Below are positions 37,249 through 46,829 of a DNA stretch of 64,000 nt, one piece after another. Under the pieces are notes generated by a model. The model made no database searches, had not been told where the DNA came from, and saw only the letters and a list, made by a program, of their open reading frames with translations. Position 1 is the stretch's first letter. Each line of letters opens with the position of its first letter. This stretch comes from an uncultured Verrucomicrobiales bacterium (GTDB lineage Bacteria; Verrucomicrobiota; Verrucomicrobiia; Verrucomicrobiales; Akkermansiaceae), in NCBI GenBank assembly GCA_963933605.1, contig CAWVVN010000001.1, forward strand, positions 29,879 to 93,878. Direction: 5' to 3'. Made by a program: the position numbers and the translations under genes.

Positions 37249-37381
37249 AACAAGTTGCATTATGCTACTTGGGTCGGCCAATTTCAAGCCACTAATTTTT
37301 CGGCGAGCGGGGTCATAAGGTGCTTTAGATGATGCCTCTTTAGGGTTGCCTAAATGAGTCACACGTATCATATCCCCTGAT

Positions 37382-39070
37382 ATGGCAAATGCTAGGATGG
37401 ATCGCTTGAGGAGGTTAGGCATATTAATTCCCGTTTTTTCTCTGCGTCGAGATGATGACTTGGGAATTGGTGACACTCAAGCACTGCTGGAGATGATCAA
37501 ATGGGCTGCGACCAACAAGATCGGATTTCTGCAGCTGTTGCCGATCAATGAAACAGGATCAGATAATAGCCCCTACAACGCAATAAGCTCGGTTGCCTTG
37601 GACCCGCTTTTGATTGATCTGGAGGCCATCCCTGAAATCGAGGCAAGTGATATCAAGGCGACGGCCAAGGAACTTGGCATTGATGTAAATACTGAGAACC
37701 TGGTTGATTACGAGACAGTAAGAACTGCTAAGTGGAGCCTGCTCGCCAAGGGTTTTGATGCTTTTTGGGCGACAGAGTTCGTCGATACGGAATTTGATGC
37801 ATTCTGCATGGAAGAAGCGGAGTGGCTGGTGCCTTATTGTAAGTTTCGATGGCTCATGGAGATATCTGGAACTGAAGAATGGGAACTCTGGCCCGAGCAA
37901 TACAATACGCCCGGAGATGCAGAGACATATCTTACCACTTTGCCTGTAGAGGAGGTTGAGCGTAACCTTACCTTCTTCGCATGGGTGCAGTGGCATGCCT
38001 TTTCCCAGTGGCGAAAACTGAGAGATTACGCACAGGAGCATGATGTTAAGTTGATGGGTGATATCCCGATTGGGATTTCCTACAGCAGTGCGGATGTATT
38101 TTTTGAACCGCAGTGGTTTGATCTCACCTTGTCAGGGGGATCGCCTCCAGAGACGGTATTCAAGGACGATGCTTTTGCCTGCCAGTGGGGCCAGAACTGG
38201 GGGATTCCGATCTACCGCTGGGATATGCTGGAGCAAAATGATTTTTCATGGTGGCGCCGCAGAATCGAAAAGCTGACGGATATTTTCCATATTTTCAGAA
38301 TTGATCATATTCTCGGATTTTACCGTATTTATAGCTTTCCGTGGAGGCCAAGGCGCAACGAAGAATTTGTTGGTTTGAGTGAGAAGCAGGCAAGAGATAT
38401 CACAGGGGGGCCTCTGCCAGAGTTTTTTCCGCGCTCAGATGATACCGATAAAAACAGAGCCGCAAACCTGGCAGACGGGGACAAGTATCTAAGGGTAATA
38501 CAAGATGCTGCCGGTGATGGCGAAGTGGTGGGAGAAGATCTGGGTTGTGTGCCAGATTACGTGAGGCCGAATATGGAGGACCTAGGTATCGCAGGGTTTA
38601 AAGTTTGCCACTGGGAAGTCCGAGGCCATGGGGAAACCGTTCCTGGCTCTGATTATCCAGAATGTGCTTTTGCAACCTACGCCACCCATGATCATGAGTC
38701 TGTTCCCGCAATGTGGAATACCCTCAAGGGTATGTTGGGAGGCCATGATCACGATGGGGCGATCAGAGGTTTGGAGCTGTTGAGTGACTTTGCAGGTTTG
38801 CCGAAGGGCGGAAGTGCTGACTGTTATTCCGACTATGGCCCGGTGGTGAAATGGGCATTGTTTGATCGTTTACTCAAATCTAATGCTGATTACGCATCGT
38901 TGATGATCACAGATATCATTGATAGCACGGAACGCATCAATATTCCTGGCACAGTGGGGGGCAAAAACTGGCGTTTCCGCTTACCCTGGAAACTTGAGGA
39001 TATGCCTGAGCCTTTGCAGGCTGAATGCTCACGTCTGCGAGAGCTAGTCCATATCTCGGAGCGCGGCTAG
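37382..39070 (+). CDS. malQ: 4-alpha-glucanotransferase (amylomaltase, GH77)
   Basis: GILIPVFSL, QLLPINETG..SPYNAISS, LMGDIPIG, FRIDHILGF, GEDLG, THDH and RINIPGT...NWRFR. Confidence 0.95.
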   Translation: MANARMDRLRRLGILIPVFSLRRDDDLGIGDTQALLEMIKWAATNKIGFLQLLPINETGSDNSPYNAISSVALDPLLIDLEAIPEIEASDIKATAKELGIDVNTENLVDYETVRTAKWSLLAKGFDAFWATEFVDTEFDAFCMEEAEWLVPYCKFRWLMEISGTEEWELWPEQYNTPGDAETYLTTLPVEEVERNLTFFAWVQWHAFSQWRKLRDYAQEHDVKLMGDIPIGISYSSADVFFEPQWFDLTLSGGSPPETVFKDDAFACQWGQNWGIPIYRWDMLEQNDFSWWRRRIEKLTDIFHIFRIDHILGFYRIYSFPWRPRRNEEFVGLSEKQARDITGGPLPEFFPRSDDTDKNRAANLADGDKYLRVIQDAAGDGEVVGEDLGCVPDYVRPNMEDLGIAGFKVCHWEVRGHGETVPGSDYPECAFATYATHDHESVPAMWNTLKGMLGGHDHDGAIRGLELLSDFAGLPKGGSADCYSDYGPVVKWALFDRLLKSNADYASLMITDIIDSTERINIPGTVGGKNWRFRLPWKLEDMPEPLQAECSRLRELVHISERG

Positions 39071-39691
39071 ATTCACGGCGTGCTCGAGAATAATATGGCT
39101 GAGGTGTTGTTTTGACGCCTTCGGGGGTTTCTCAATATGATCGGCTGAAATGAGCAGTATCTCGTTTTCATTGCTGTCAAAGCCTATGTCTTTTCGCGAG
39201 ACGTCATTGGCGACAATGAGATCACAGCCTTTGCGCTTTAGCTTTGCGCGAGCATTGGCTTCAAGGTTCTCTGTTTCTGCGGCAAAGCCAACTAATACGC
39301 CTTGATAGCCGAATTTCTGCTTCGCAGAGCCAAGAATATCCGGAGTCTTGACGAGTTCCAGGGTGATGGTTTCGGCATCTTTTTTGATTTTCTGCTCGGA
39401 GATGTTGATCGGCTGGTAGTCAGCAACTGCGGCTGCAAAAATTGCGATGTCCGCTTTTTTGATCCAATGCTCGACGGCATCATACATTTCCTGGGTGCTT
39501 TCCACGGGAACGTAGTCGACCAGGTCAGGGACATTCAAATGGGTAGGGCCAGAAATGAGGATGACGCGGTGGCCTTGTTGGGCCGCGGTCTTAGCGATGG
39601 CGTAACCCATTTTCCCGGAGGATTTGTTAGTCAGGAAGCGGACAGGGTCGATGGCTTCACGAGTAGGCCCAGCGGTGATGAGAATAGTCAT
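39044..39691 (-). CDS. coaB: Phosphopantothenate--cysteine ligase (CoaB domain, stand-alone)
   Basis: LITAGPTREAIDPVRFLTNKSSGKMG, AAAVADY, VGFAAET and IVANDV. Confidence 0.9.
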   Translation of the reverse strand: MTILITAGPTREAIDPVRFLTNKSSGKMGYAIAKTAAQQGHRVILISGPTHLNVPDLVDYVPVESTQEMYDAVEHWIKKADIAIFAAAVADYQPINISEQKIKKDAETITLELVKTPDILGSAKQKFGYQGVLVGFAAETENLEANARAKLKRKGCDLIVANDVSRKDIGFDSNENEILLISADHIEKPPKASKQHLSHIILEHAVNLAALRDMD

Positions 39692-39721
39692 CGGAGGAAT
39701 CAGTAGAGGAGTCAGCAGAGG
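39686..39721. repeat. Three imperfect 12-bp direct repeats (AGTCATCGGAGG AATCAGTAGAGG AGTCAGCAGAGG) in the coaC-coaB spacer
   Basis: Read directly; one copy includes the coaB start codon. Confidence 0.6.
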
Positions 39722-39730
39722 GGATAGTTT

Positions 39731-40273
39731 TTATGAGGTGCGGAGCAGCGTTTCTGCAGCATCAACAACCTTGGATTCTTCTATGAGTCTACCGGGGCCG
39801 GAGTAGCCACAAGCGAGCATGCCTTCTTTTTCTGGTCCTATAAATTGGCAACCATCTTGCTCTAAGCGGGCAACGTTACGTTGGGTAGCTGCGTGCATCC
39901 ACATTTTGCCATTCATGGCAGGGGCGATAAGAACGGGAGCTTCCGTGGCGAGGTAGATGCTGGAGAGTGGGTCGGGGGCAAGGCCGTTGGCGAAATTGCC
40001 CAACGAATTTGCAGAAGCGGGAGCGACAATTACCAGGTCTGCGCGATCAGCAAGATCGATGTGTCCCGGTTTCCATGCTTGTTTTTCATCTTCTAGGCTG
40101 ACGAGAACCGAATGCTGAGAAATGACTTGAAGGGTGAGGGGGGTAATGAACTCGGTCGCTGATTGAGTCATCACACAGTGGACCAGGTGGCCATTTTTAA
40201 CCAACTGTGAGGCAATGGTCGCTGCTTTGTAGGCGGCTATGGATCCGGTGATTCCTAGGATGATCGTTTTCAT
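39731..40273 (-). CDS. coaC: Phosphopantothenoylcysteine decarboxylase (CoaC flavoprotein domain, stand-alone)
   Basis: ILGITGSIAAYKA, APASAN, PAMNGKMW and GMLACGYSGPGRL. Confidence 0.9.
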   Translation of the reverse strand: MKTIILGITGSIAAYKAATIASQLVKNGHLVHCVMTQSATEFITPLTLQVISQHSVLVSLEDEKQAWKPGHIDLADRADLVIVAPASANSLGNFANGLAPDPLSSIYLATEAPVLIAPAMNGKMWMHAATQRNVARLEQDGCQFIGPEKEGMLACGYSGPGRLIEESKVVDAAETLLRTS

Positions 40274-40290
40274 GTGTTGAGAGGCGGAGG

Positions 40291-40896
40291 CTAGAGGTTT
40301 TTGAGACGTGAAACCTTAAGCCGCTCAGCAAGAATGAGAGACTTAAATTGGTGGTAGTCTTGCTCACGTGTGTCTGAGAGCAAACGGTAGGTGTATTTTG
40401 GCCAGTTGCCGATTTCCCCAAGAGCATTTTTCATGCGTAACTCGATGACCTCTTGTGCATCTGAGCCGCGTCCGGTTAGGCGCTTGAGAAGTTCATCCTC
40501 GCTCTGGGGCATAACAAACAGATCAACCAGCGCGGCCTGTATGCTTGGATCATTACAGCCGCGCACCTGATCTGCTCCTTGCACGTCGATGTCCATGACC
40601 ACATCAGTGCCTGCCGCAAGGTGCCTGAGGACTTCTGTTTTTAGTGTGCCGTAAAAATTGCCATGCACTTCAGCATATTCGAGGAATTCCCCATTGCTGA
40701 CTTTTTGTTCAAAGGTCTCCCTGTTAAGGAAATGATAGTCATGACCGTCACGTTCTCCCTCTCTGGATGGGCGGGTCGTGCAGGAGGTAGAATAAATGGC
40801 CTCACCTTCATCTGCTAGTCGTCGGCAAAGCGTTGTTTTGCCGGAGCCGGATGGCCCGGACACCAATAGGAGAATGCCTGTTCGCTCAATGGTCAT
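40291..40896 (-). CDS. gmk: Guanylate kinase
   Basis: VSGPSGSGKTT, TTRPSREGERDG.DYHF, EYAEVHGNFYGT and DIDVQGA. Confidence 0.96.
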   Translation of the reverse strand: MTIERTGILLLVSGPSGSGKTTLCRRLADEGEAIYSTSCTTRPSREGERDGHDYHFLNRETFEQKVSNGEFLEYAEVHGNFYGTLKTEVLRHLAAGTDVVMDIDVQGADQVRGCNDPSIQAALVDLFVMPQSEDELLKRLTGRGSDAQEVIELRMKNALGEIGNWPKYTYRLLSDTREQDYHQFKSLILAERLKVSRLKNL

Positions 40897-40934
40897 GATT
40901 TGATGGTGCTTGTTTTTATGTGGGTCGTGATGTT

Positions 40935-42054
40935 TCAGCTATCACGGGTCTTGCCTTTAAGCATCGCTTCGATAAAGGGATCGAGATTGCCATCCATTAC
41001 GGATGAGATATTGCCAGTTTCCTCGCCCGTTCGCAAGTCTTTGACCATTTGATAGGGCTGAAAAACATAAGACCGGATTTGGCTGCCCCAGCCAATTTCT
41101 CCTTTGGCAGAGTATTCGCGATCTGCTTCGGCACGTTGTTTGTCTTCTTCGATCTGGTAAAGCTTGGCGCGCAACAAGGACCATGCGTTTTCACGATTTC
41201 GCAGCTGGGATCGTTCTTGGGTTGAACGAATCATGATGCCGGTGGGTTTGTGCTTCAGGATAACGGCAGTCTCGACCTTGTTGACATTTTGGCCGCCGGC
41301 GCCGCCCGAGCGAGCGGTGCTGATTTCAACATCAGAGTCGGGTATTTCGATATTGATGTCCTTGGATATTTCCGGGGTGACATCGATTGCTGAGAATGAC
41401 GTGTGGCGTTTGCCGGCAGCGTCAAAGGGGGATATGCGAACGAGACGGTGAACTCCACGCTCGCTTTTGAGATAGCCGTAGGCATAGGGTCCATCAATTT
41501 TAAGAGATGCTGTGCGACAGCCGGCTCCGTCTCCATCTTGGTAGTCAACATTGGTGACGCTGAAGCCCTTACTTTCTGCCCAACGGGTGTACATGCGCAG
41601 CAGCATTTCCGCCCAGTCACAGGCCTCAGTGCCACCTGCTCCCGCTTGAATATTGAGGTAGGCGTTTGACGCATCGGTGGGCTTATCTAGAAGGGTGATC
41701 AGCTCAAATTTATCCAGCTCCTTGGTGATGGAGTGAAAGTCATCATTGGCCTCTCGGGCAAATTCGATATCGTCCGTTTCTTTAGCGAGCTCGATGACTT
41801 CATTGAGGTTACTAGCGCGAGCTTCCAAGGCGAGGAAAGGGATGAGTCGGCCTTTGACTAGGTTGGCCTCGCCAACAATGCCTTGCGCTTTATCCGGATC
41901 ATCCCAAAAAACCGTGTCGGACATGATGGTGTCGTATTCGGCAAGTTTTTGTTCCAGTGTCGGAACGTCAAAGATACCTCCTGAGTTCAGATAGGCGGCT
42001 TTTTAGGGCCCCGGTATCCAGCGCCAGGAGGTCAGCGATATTGTGTTCACTCAT
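40935..42054 (-). CDS. prfB: Peptide chain release factor 2, made by programmed +1 frameshift (about 372 aa)
   Basis: A 28-codon first ORF ([10 protein letters not shown]...RRYL) ends in CTT TGA C and continues in the +1 frame into the ORF with SPF, GGQ and WGSQIRSY motifs. Confidence 0.96.
41967..41982 (-). promoter_or_regulatory. prfB frameshift signal AGGAGG-TAT-CTT-TGA-C
   Basis: Internal SD followed by the slippery CTT TGA C: the canonical RF2 autoregulatory site. Confidence 0.95.
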
Positions 42055-42181
42055 GCGGGCCAGATTCTTAGCCGCTGACACGTAAGATTCAAACTCCAAA
42101 TAGCAAAAAGGCGATAAGATCAAGGCAGAGGTAAATTTGTTGTTTAGTGTGAGGCTAAATAGCTTCACTATGACTTTCTAG

Positions 42182-42715
42182 ATGGAGAAATCAGAGGGCA
42201 TCATTATTCGGCTTACTAAGCTCACGGAGACGAGCTTGATTGTGCATTGGTGTACTCGCGACCATGGCTTGATCAAGACCGTTGCCAAGGGGGGGCGCCG
42301 AGCTAAGGGTTCGTTCGCCGGCAAGCTGGATTTGTTTTTTGAAGCCGAGCTTAACTGGGTGCGGAGCCGAAAGAGCGAGCTCCACACTCTAAGCGAGTTA
42401 GCCGTTCTGGATTACCGTGAAAATATCAGAAAGAGATATAAGGATACGCTGGTTGCCTCCTATTTCGTTGAACTATTAGCACACGTGGTGGAACCCGACC
42501 ACCCTGTGCCTGAGCTTTATGATCTGCTGAAGAGAGGTCTGGGTTATATCGGTGATCATGGTGCTGATCAACGTGGGGTGTTACACTTTGAACATGAGTT
42601 AGCTCGTTTGCTGGGAGTTGCTCATGAGCGCTCCAGTGCAGCCATGGCTTTGGAGCAGGCGTTTGGCAGTATGCCTCGCGCGAGATCGGCTTGTATCGAC
42701 GAAGTTGGTGGTTAG
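42182..42715 (+). CDS. recO: DNA repair protein RecO
   Basis: GIIIRLTKLTETSLIVHW.TRDHGLIKTVAKGGRR and GKLDLF. Confidence 0.88.
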   Translation: MEKSEGIIIRLTKLTETSLIVHWCTRDHGLIKTVAKGGRRAKGSFAGKLDLFFEAELNWVRSRKSELHTLSELAVLDYRENIRKRYKDTLVASYFVELLAHVVEPDHPVPELYDLLKRGLGYIGDHGADQRGVLHFEHELARLLGVAHERSSAAMALEQAFGSMPRARSACIDEVGG

Positions 42716-42827
42716 ACGAGGCACTAATTTATGTCTGGTCATGAGGTTTTACCTAGTGTTAAATGCGTGCATACAGGTCTTACATTAAACATCATGGGTG
42801 TAACTGTAATCTAGCTCACCACAACAA

Positions 42828-43721
42828 ATGGACTCAGGTACAGACAATTTACTGAACATGTTACATGATCGTGTGAGGCAACTTTGCCAAGCCGGTCGAT
42901 GGGATGAGGCTAAGAATACGGCCAGCACGGCAGTTGAGAAATCACGTTCAAAATATCAAGAGGACCCCGAGAATATTGATGAGTTCTCATTCTCACTTGA
43001 GGTCCAAGGTGATTTTTATCGTCAATATGGTAATCTCGAAGAGGCAAGGAAGTCCTATTTCGAGGCACTAGAACTTCTCGAAGGTGAGGATTCAAAAACG
43101 GAGGCCTTGGCTCGTCTCAGCGCCAGTGTAGCAGTGGTCTATGAAACAGATGGTAACACAGACGAAGCCATTACTTTTTATGAGCGCAGTATTGAGTTGT
43201 TTGAGCGGATGGATCCGCCATCAGCGATCGATATCGCAAGTTTATGCAACAATCTGGCCTACATTCATAAGAGTTGTGGAGATTTTGACACCGCAGAAAA
43301 TTTGTATCTCAAAGCACTCGAGCTTTATAACGAGCATTTAGGTTCAGAGGACGAAGAAACCGCAGCGATTTGCAATAACATTGGAGCTCTTTATTTGGCG
43401 GCGGGATGTTACGATCAAGCTCGTGAAATGTTTGTCATGGCTCTCGATGCGCGCCGCAAGGTGTTCGGCGAGAAACATCTGGAAACAGCGCAGGCATATG
43501 CCAACCTAGCAGTCGCCCTCAGTCACACTGGGGAAGAAGGATGGGCAAAAGAAAATTACCAAACTTCACTCAAAATCTACGAGGATAAGGTGAAAGAGGC
43601 ACCCATGGATTACGCCACAGTGTCAGCCAATTTTGCTGAATTTCTCCGTGCTCATGAAGATGATAAGTCTGCATGTTCGGTGGAAAAGCGGGCCAGTAAA
43701 ATGCTCAAAAGGGCACACTAG
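42828..43721 (+). CDS. Tetratricopeptide repeat protein
   Basis: Repeated TPR units such as ASLCNNLAYIHKSCGDFDTAENLYLKAL and AAICNNIGALY. Confidence 0.88.
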   Translation: MDSGTDNLLNMLHDRVRQLCQAGRWDEAKNTASTAVEKSRSKYQEDPENIDEFSFSLEVQGDFYRQYGNLEEARKSYFEALELLEGEDSKTEALARLSASVAVVYETDGNTDEAITFYERSIELFERMDPPSAIDIASLCNNLAYIHKSCGDFDTAENLYLKALELYNEHLGSEDEETAAICNNIGALYLAAGCYDQAREMFVMALDARRKVFGEKHLETAQAYANLAVALSHTGEEGWAKENYQTSLKIYEDKVKEAPMDYATVSANFAEFLRAHEDDKSACSVEKRASKMLKRAH

Positions 43722-43790
43722 ATTGAGCGCTAGATTGACTCAATAGCTGGTATGGCAGTCAGGCCTTTAATGACTTAGACCCTGCAGGTA

Positions 43791-45095
43791 TCAGGAATCT
43801 ATATGAGCCTGAGACATCAATGCCTCGATCTCATCAGCCTCGATGGGAATGTTGGACATGAGGTCCAGATTTCCCTGTTCTCCAATAAGGACGTTATTTT
43901 CTAGGCGTATGCCTATTTTTTCATCCGGAATATAAATGCCAGGTTCGATGGTGAGGACCATGCCTGGAGCATAAGGCTCATCAGGTGGGCAAACATCATG
44001 GACGTCGAGACCCAAGTGATGCGATGTGCTGTGCATGAAATATTTTTTTACGAGAGGTTTGCTGGAGTCTTGTTGTTTAGCCTCATCCTTATCAATGAGT
44101 CCTAGCTCGATGAGTTCGCCTTCCATGAAATCAATGGTTTGATTTTGGTAGTCCTTGGGCATGAGGCCAGGACGCAGGATGTCATTGCACTTCCTGAGAA
44201 CTCGAAGAACAGCGTCATAGACGGCTCGTTGCCGTTTGGTGAATTTCCCATTAATGGGAACGGTCCGGGTCATGTCTGAGTTCCAATTACCGTACTCTGC
44301 AGCAACATCCATGAGCAATAATTCGCCATCCTGACAGCGTTGATTATTCTTTATGTAGTGAAGTACGCAGCTATTTTTTCCGCTGGCGATGATCGGGGTG
44401 TAAGCAAAACCCGTCGATTGTCGTTTGATGAATTCATGGATAAATTCAGCTTCAATTTCCCACTCGCCAATGCCTTGCTGGATAAAGCCAAGCACGCGCC
44501 TGAAGCCGGCTTCAGTGATGTCACAGGCTTTCTGTATCATCTTAATCTCGAGGGGATGTTTGATGACTCTGAGTTGATGCATCAAGGGTGCGAGCCGTTC
44601 ATGTTGATGATGAGGGTATTTTTGTCGGCATTTTTCAAGTAATCGGACATCACGAGTTTGCACGGTCATATCAGCTCGTGGGTGCTCATTTGCATTGAGG
44701 TAAATATGCTCAGCTTGCTGAGTGAGGCGTTCCAAAACGGTGTCGAACTGACAGTTCCACTGGACATTAGAAATACCGGATAGCTTGGTCGCAATTTGCT
44801 GGGAGAGTTTTTCACCTTCCCAAATGGCAATGTGCTCACTGGTTTCTTTGATGAAAAGAATCGCTCGATCTATTTCTTCAACTGCATCAGGAAATAGCAG
44901 CAAAGCACTTTCCTCCTGATCGATGCCAGAGAGGTAATAAAGATCTGAGTTTTGTCGCCAAGGAAGCGTGCCGTCCGCATTGGTGGGCATCAAGTCATTG
45001 GAGTCGATTACCGCCATGCTATTAGGTTTGAGCATTGCCGATAATCGAGATCGGTTATGGATAAAAAGTTGTGAGTCGGCCGGGTCGTATCTCAT
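43791..45095 (-). CDS. pepP: Xaa-Pro aminopeptidase (M24B)
   Basis: RQNSDLYYLSGI, LMDVAAEY...SDMTRT, HSTSHHLGLDVHD, TIEPGIY and IGIRLENN. Confidence 0.92.
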   Translation of the reverse strand: MRYDPADSQLFIHNRSRLSAMLKPNSMAVIDSNDLMPTNADGTLPWRQNSDLYYLSGIDQEESALLLFPDAVEEIDRAILFIKETSEHIAIWEGEKLSQQIATKLSGISNVQWNCQFDTVLERLTQQAEHIYLNANEHPRADMTVQTRDVRLLEKCRQKYPHHQHERLAPLMHQLRVIKHPLEIKMIQKACDITEAGFRRVLGFIQQGIGEWEIEAEFIHEFIKRQSTGFAYTPIIASGKNSCVLHYIKNNQRCQDGELLLMDVAAEYGNWNSDMTRTVPINGKFTKRQRAVYDAVLRVLRKCNDILRPGLMPKDYQNQTIDFMEGELIELGLIDKDEAKQQDSSKPLVKKYFMHSTSHHLGLDVHDVCPPDEPYAPGMVLTIEPGIYIPDEKIGIRLENNVLIGEQGNLDLMSNIPIEADEIEALMSQAHIDS

Positions 45096-45156
45096 GCTAT
45101 CGGTATCAGTGGTAGAGGTATCGGATGCGAGTTTAGTCGTTACGTTTCAAATCAAT

Positions 45157-46011
45157 TTAATCTCGTCCCCAGCCTAATTTTTGACGCAGTGTTGAGTAGA
45201 AATTACGGCCTTCAAGGCGAAGTAGCGGCAAAGCGTGCCCAGCTTGCTCGACTTGAATGCGGTCGCCTTGATTGATCGCCATGACATCACGACCATCTAC
45301 GGTGAGAAACATCGGGCATTCGGCATTCTCAGCTGGGGCAAGTTCAACCAATGAGCTGTGTGAAACGACCAGAGACCGGTTGCTCAGCGAGTGAGGGCAA
45401 ATTGGGGTGATCACAAAAACTTCAGCTTTTGGAGCAATGAGCGGCCCGCCTGCGGAGAGCGAATACGCTGTTGATCCTGTTGTGGTAGCGACAATCAAAC
45501 CATCTGCACGATAGTGGTTGAGTAGCTCGCCGTCTACCCAGGCATCCAGCTCAACAAGGCGTCCGGTTTGACCACGCGCAAGGGTGACTTCATTGAGGGC
45601 TCGAAAGCTCTTCTTCTCACCATTAGCCGATGTAATGGTTGCGAGCAGTTGCATGCGTTTGATGAGAGTGTAGTCTTTTTGCGCCACGGCTTTGGCAAAG
45701 ATATCGAGCTCACTGTCAGTGCATGTTGTGAGGAATCCTAAAGTTCCGACATTAATTCCCGCGACAGGAATGTCAGCTGGTCCGAGCTGATTTGCGGCAT
45801 TGAGCATGGTGCCGTCACCTCCTAATACGGCGACGAGGTCGCAAGTGGCTGCCAGCTCCTTCGGGGGAATGCCTCCAGCCGCATTGATTATTTGGGCAGT
45901 TACGGTTTCAAGCACCGGCGTAAGTTTTTCACGCTCAAGAGATCTACAGAGATTCTTGATGATTTGATCTACCCCTTTTTTATTCGGGTTTGCAAGGATG
46001 CCTACTTTCAC
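45157..46011 (-). CDS. nadK: NAD kinase
   Basis: VLGGDGTML, GINVGTLGFL, ALNEV, ADGLIVATTTGSTAYSLSAGGP and TPICPHSL; GTG start. Confidence 0.95.
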   Translation of the reverse strand: MKVGILANPNKKGVDQIIKNLCRSLEREKLTPVLETVTAQIINAAGGIPPKELAATCDLVAVLGGDGTMLNAANQLGPADIPVAGINVGTLGFLTTCTDSELDIFAKAVAQKDYTLIKRMQLLATITSANGEKKSFRALNEVTLARGQTGRLVELDAWVDGELLNHYRADGLIVATTTGSTAYSLSAGGPLIAPKAEVFVITPICPHSLSNRSLVVSHSSLVELAPAENAECPMFLTVDGRDVMAINQGDRIQVEQAGHALPLLRLEGRNFYSTLRQKLGWGRD

Positions 46012-46120
46012 AAGCGCAGGCTAAGATGTTTTTTGGCAAAGTTACAGATTAAATCCATGTTGTGAATTTAAACGAAATCAGCATCTTGTAAAAGTTAAGT
46101 AATTGTGATAATTAATATCC

Positions 46121-46699
46121 ATGAAACATTGTAGATCTGCTTCTCGACCAACAAATAGGTTTATACATGGAAGGGCGGTTCTTCTGGGCGCAGCTTGTGT
46201 TCTTACAATGTGTTCCTGTAACAAAATGAGCGAGCTGGTGGATCGCATCAAGGATATGGGAGGCCAGGGGAGTAGTCATTCGACCGTGGATGCCATGAAT
46301 CAGAAGGAGGCGCAGGCTTTGATTGCTAATGAATCAAAGCTGGTGATGGTGGAATTTTACACCGATACGTGAGGACCCTGTAAATCTTTTGCTCCCGTGC
46401 TGGAGCAGCTTGCAAAGGTGAACGCCAAAAAAGTTCGTATTGTAAAAGTGAATGCAAACCAAAATCTTGAATGGATGAGGCAAGAAAATATTCGTGGCGT
46501 GCCAACGGTTCAGTTTTATCTCAAAGGAGAGAAAGTGCACCAGTTTTCAGGCTCTTATCCCAAGGATGTTATCCAGCAGCAGATTGACCTGCATGCTGCT
46601 TCCTGGGGAAAGGAGACCGATGAAGACGGCAACCCCATCGTGCCTGCCATTCAGCCAATGCCCAAGGAATGGATGCCTCCCGGAGTGACGCCAGAGTGA
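46121..46699 (+). CDS. Thioredoxin-family lipoprotein with in-frame TGA at the catalytic position (probable selenocysteine, U-G-P-C), 192 aa
   Basis: ORFs 46121-46372 and 46397-46699 are in one frame. Joined they read VMVEFYTDT-TGA-GPCKSFAPVLEQLA...VKVNAN...IRGVPT: a complete thioredoxin fold with cis-Pro. Confidence 0.8.
46385..46418 (+). promoter_or_regulatory. Candidate bacterial SECIS hairpin
   Basis: Upper stem TGCTCC/GGAGCA (46390-46407) closing loop CGTGCT, with G as second loop base. The loop starts 23 nt after the TGA. A lower stem can form between the TTT run and AAAGG. Confidence 0.55.
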
Positions 46700-46773
46700 T
46701 CAGGGTTTGATTAGCTCGTGTTTACTCTCTTTTTTTAGCTGATCAAAAGCTCTGAGCTTGCGTAACTACGCCA

Positions 46774-46802
46774 TTGACCCCATGGGGCTTAGTGTCTAGC
46801 TT
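46774..46802 (+). promoter_or_regulatory. Sigma70-type promoter of ileS: TTGACC-N17-TAGCTT
   Basis: -35 at 46774-46779, 17-nt spacer, -10 at 46797-46802, followed by GC-rich CCGCGCC. Confidence 0.7.
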
Positions 46803-46829
46803 CCGCGCCTCTAGAAGCCACCATATCTA

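Noticed and set aside
37249-37476. N-terminal 76 codons of the 149-aa ORF 37027-37476
   Set aside because: They overlap malQ on the opposite strand and lie before a clear signal peptide that starts at 37248.
46370-46372. Alternative genetic code (TGA = Trp/Gly) as the explanation of the thioredoxin in-frame stop
   Set aside because: Many intact genes here end in TGA (e.g. menA, the methyltransferase, recR), RF2 is present, and the TGA aligns with Cys rather than the preceding Trp position.
46700-46829. T-box riboswitch upstream of ileS
   Set aside because: The predicted promoter leaves only about 20 nt of leader, with no T-box motif or terminator.
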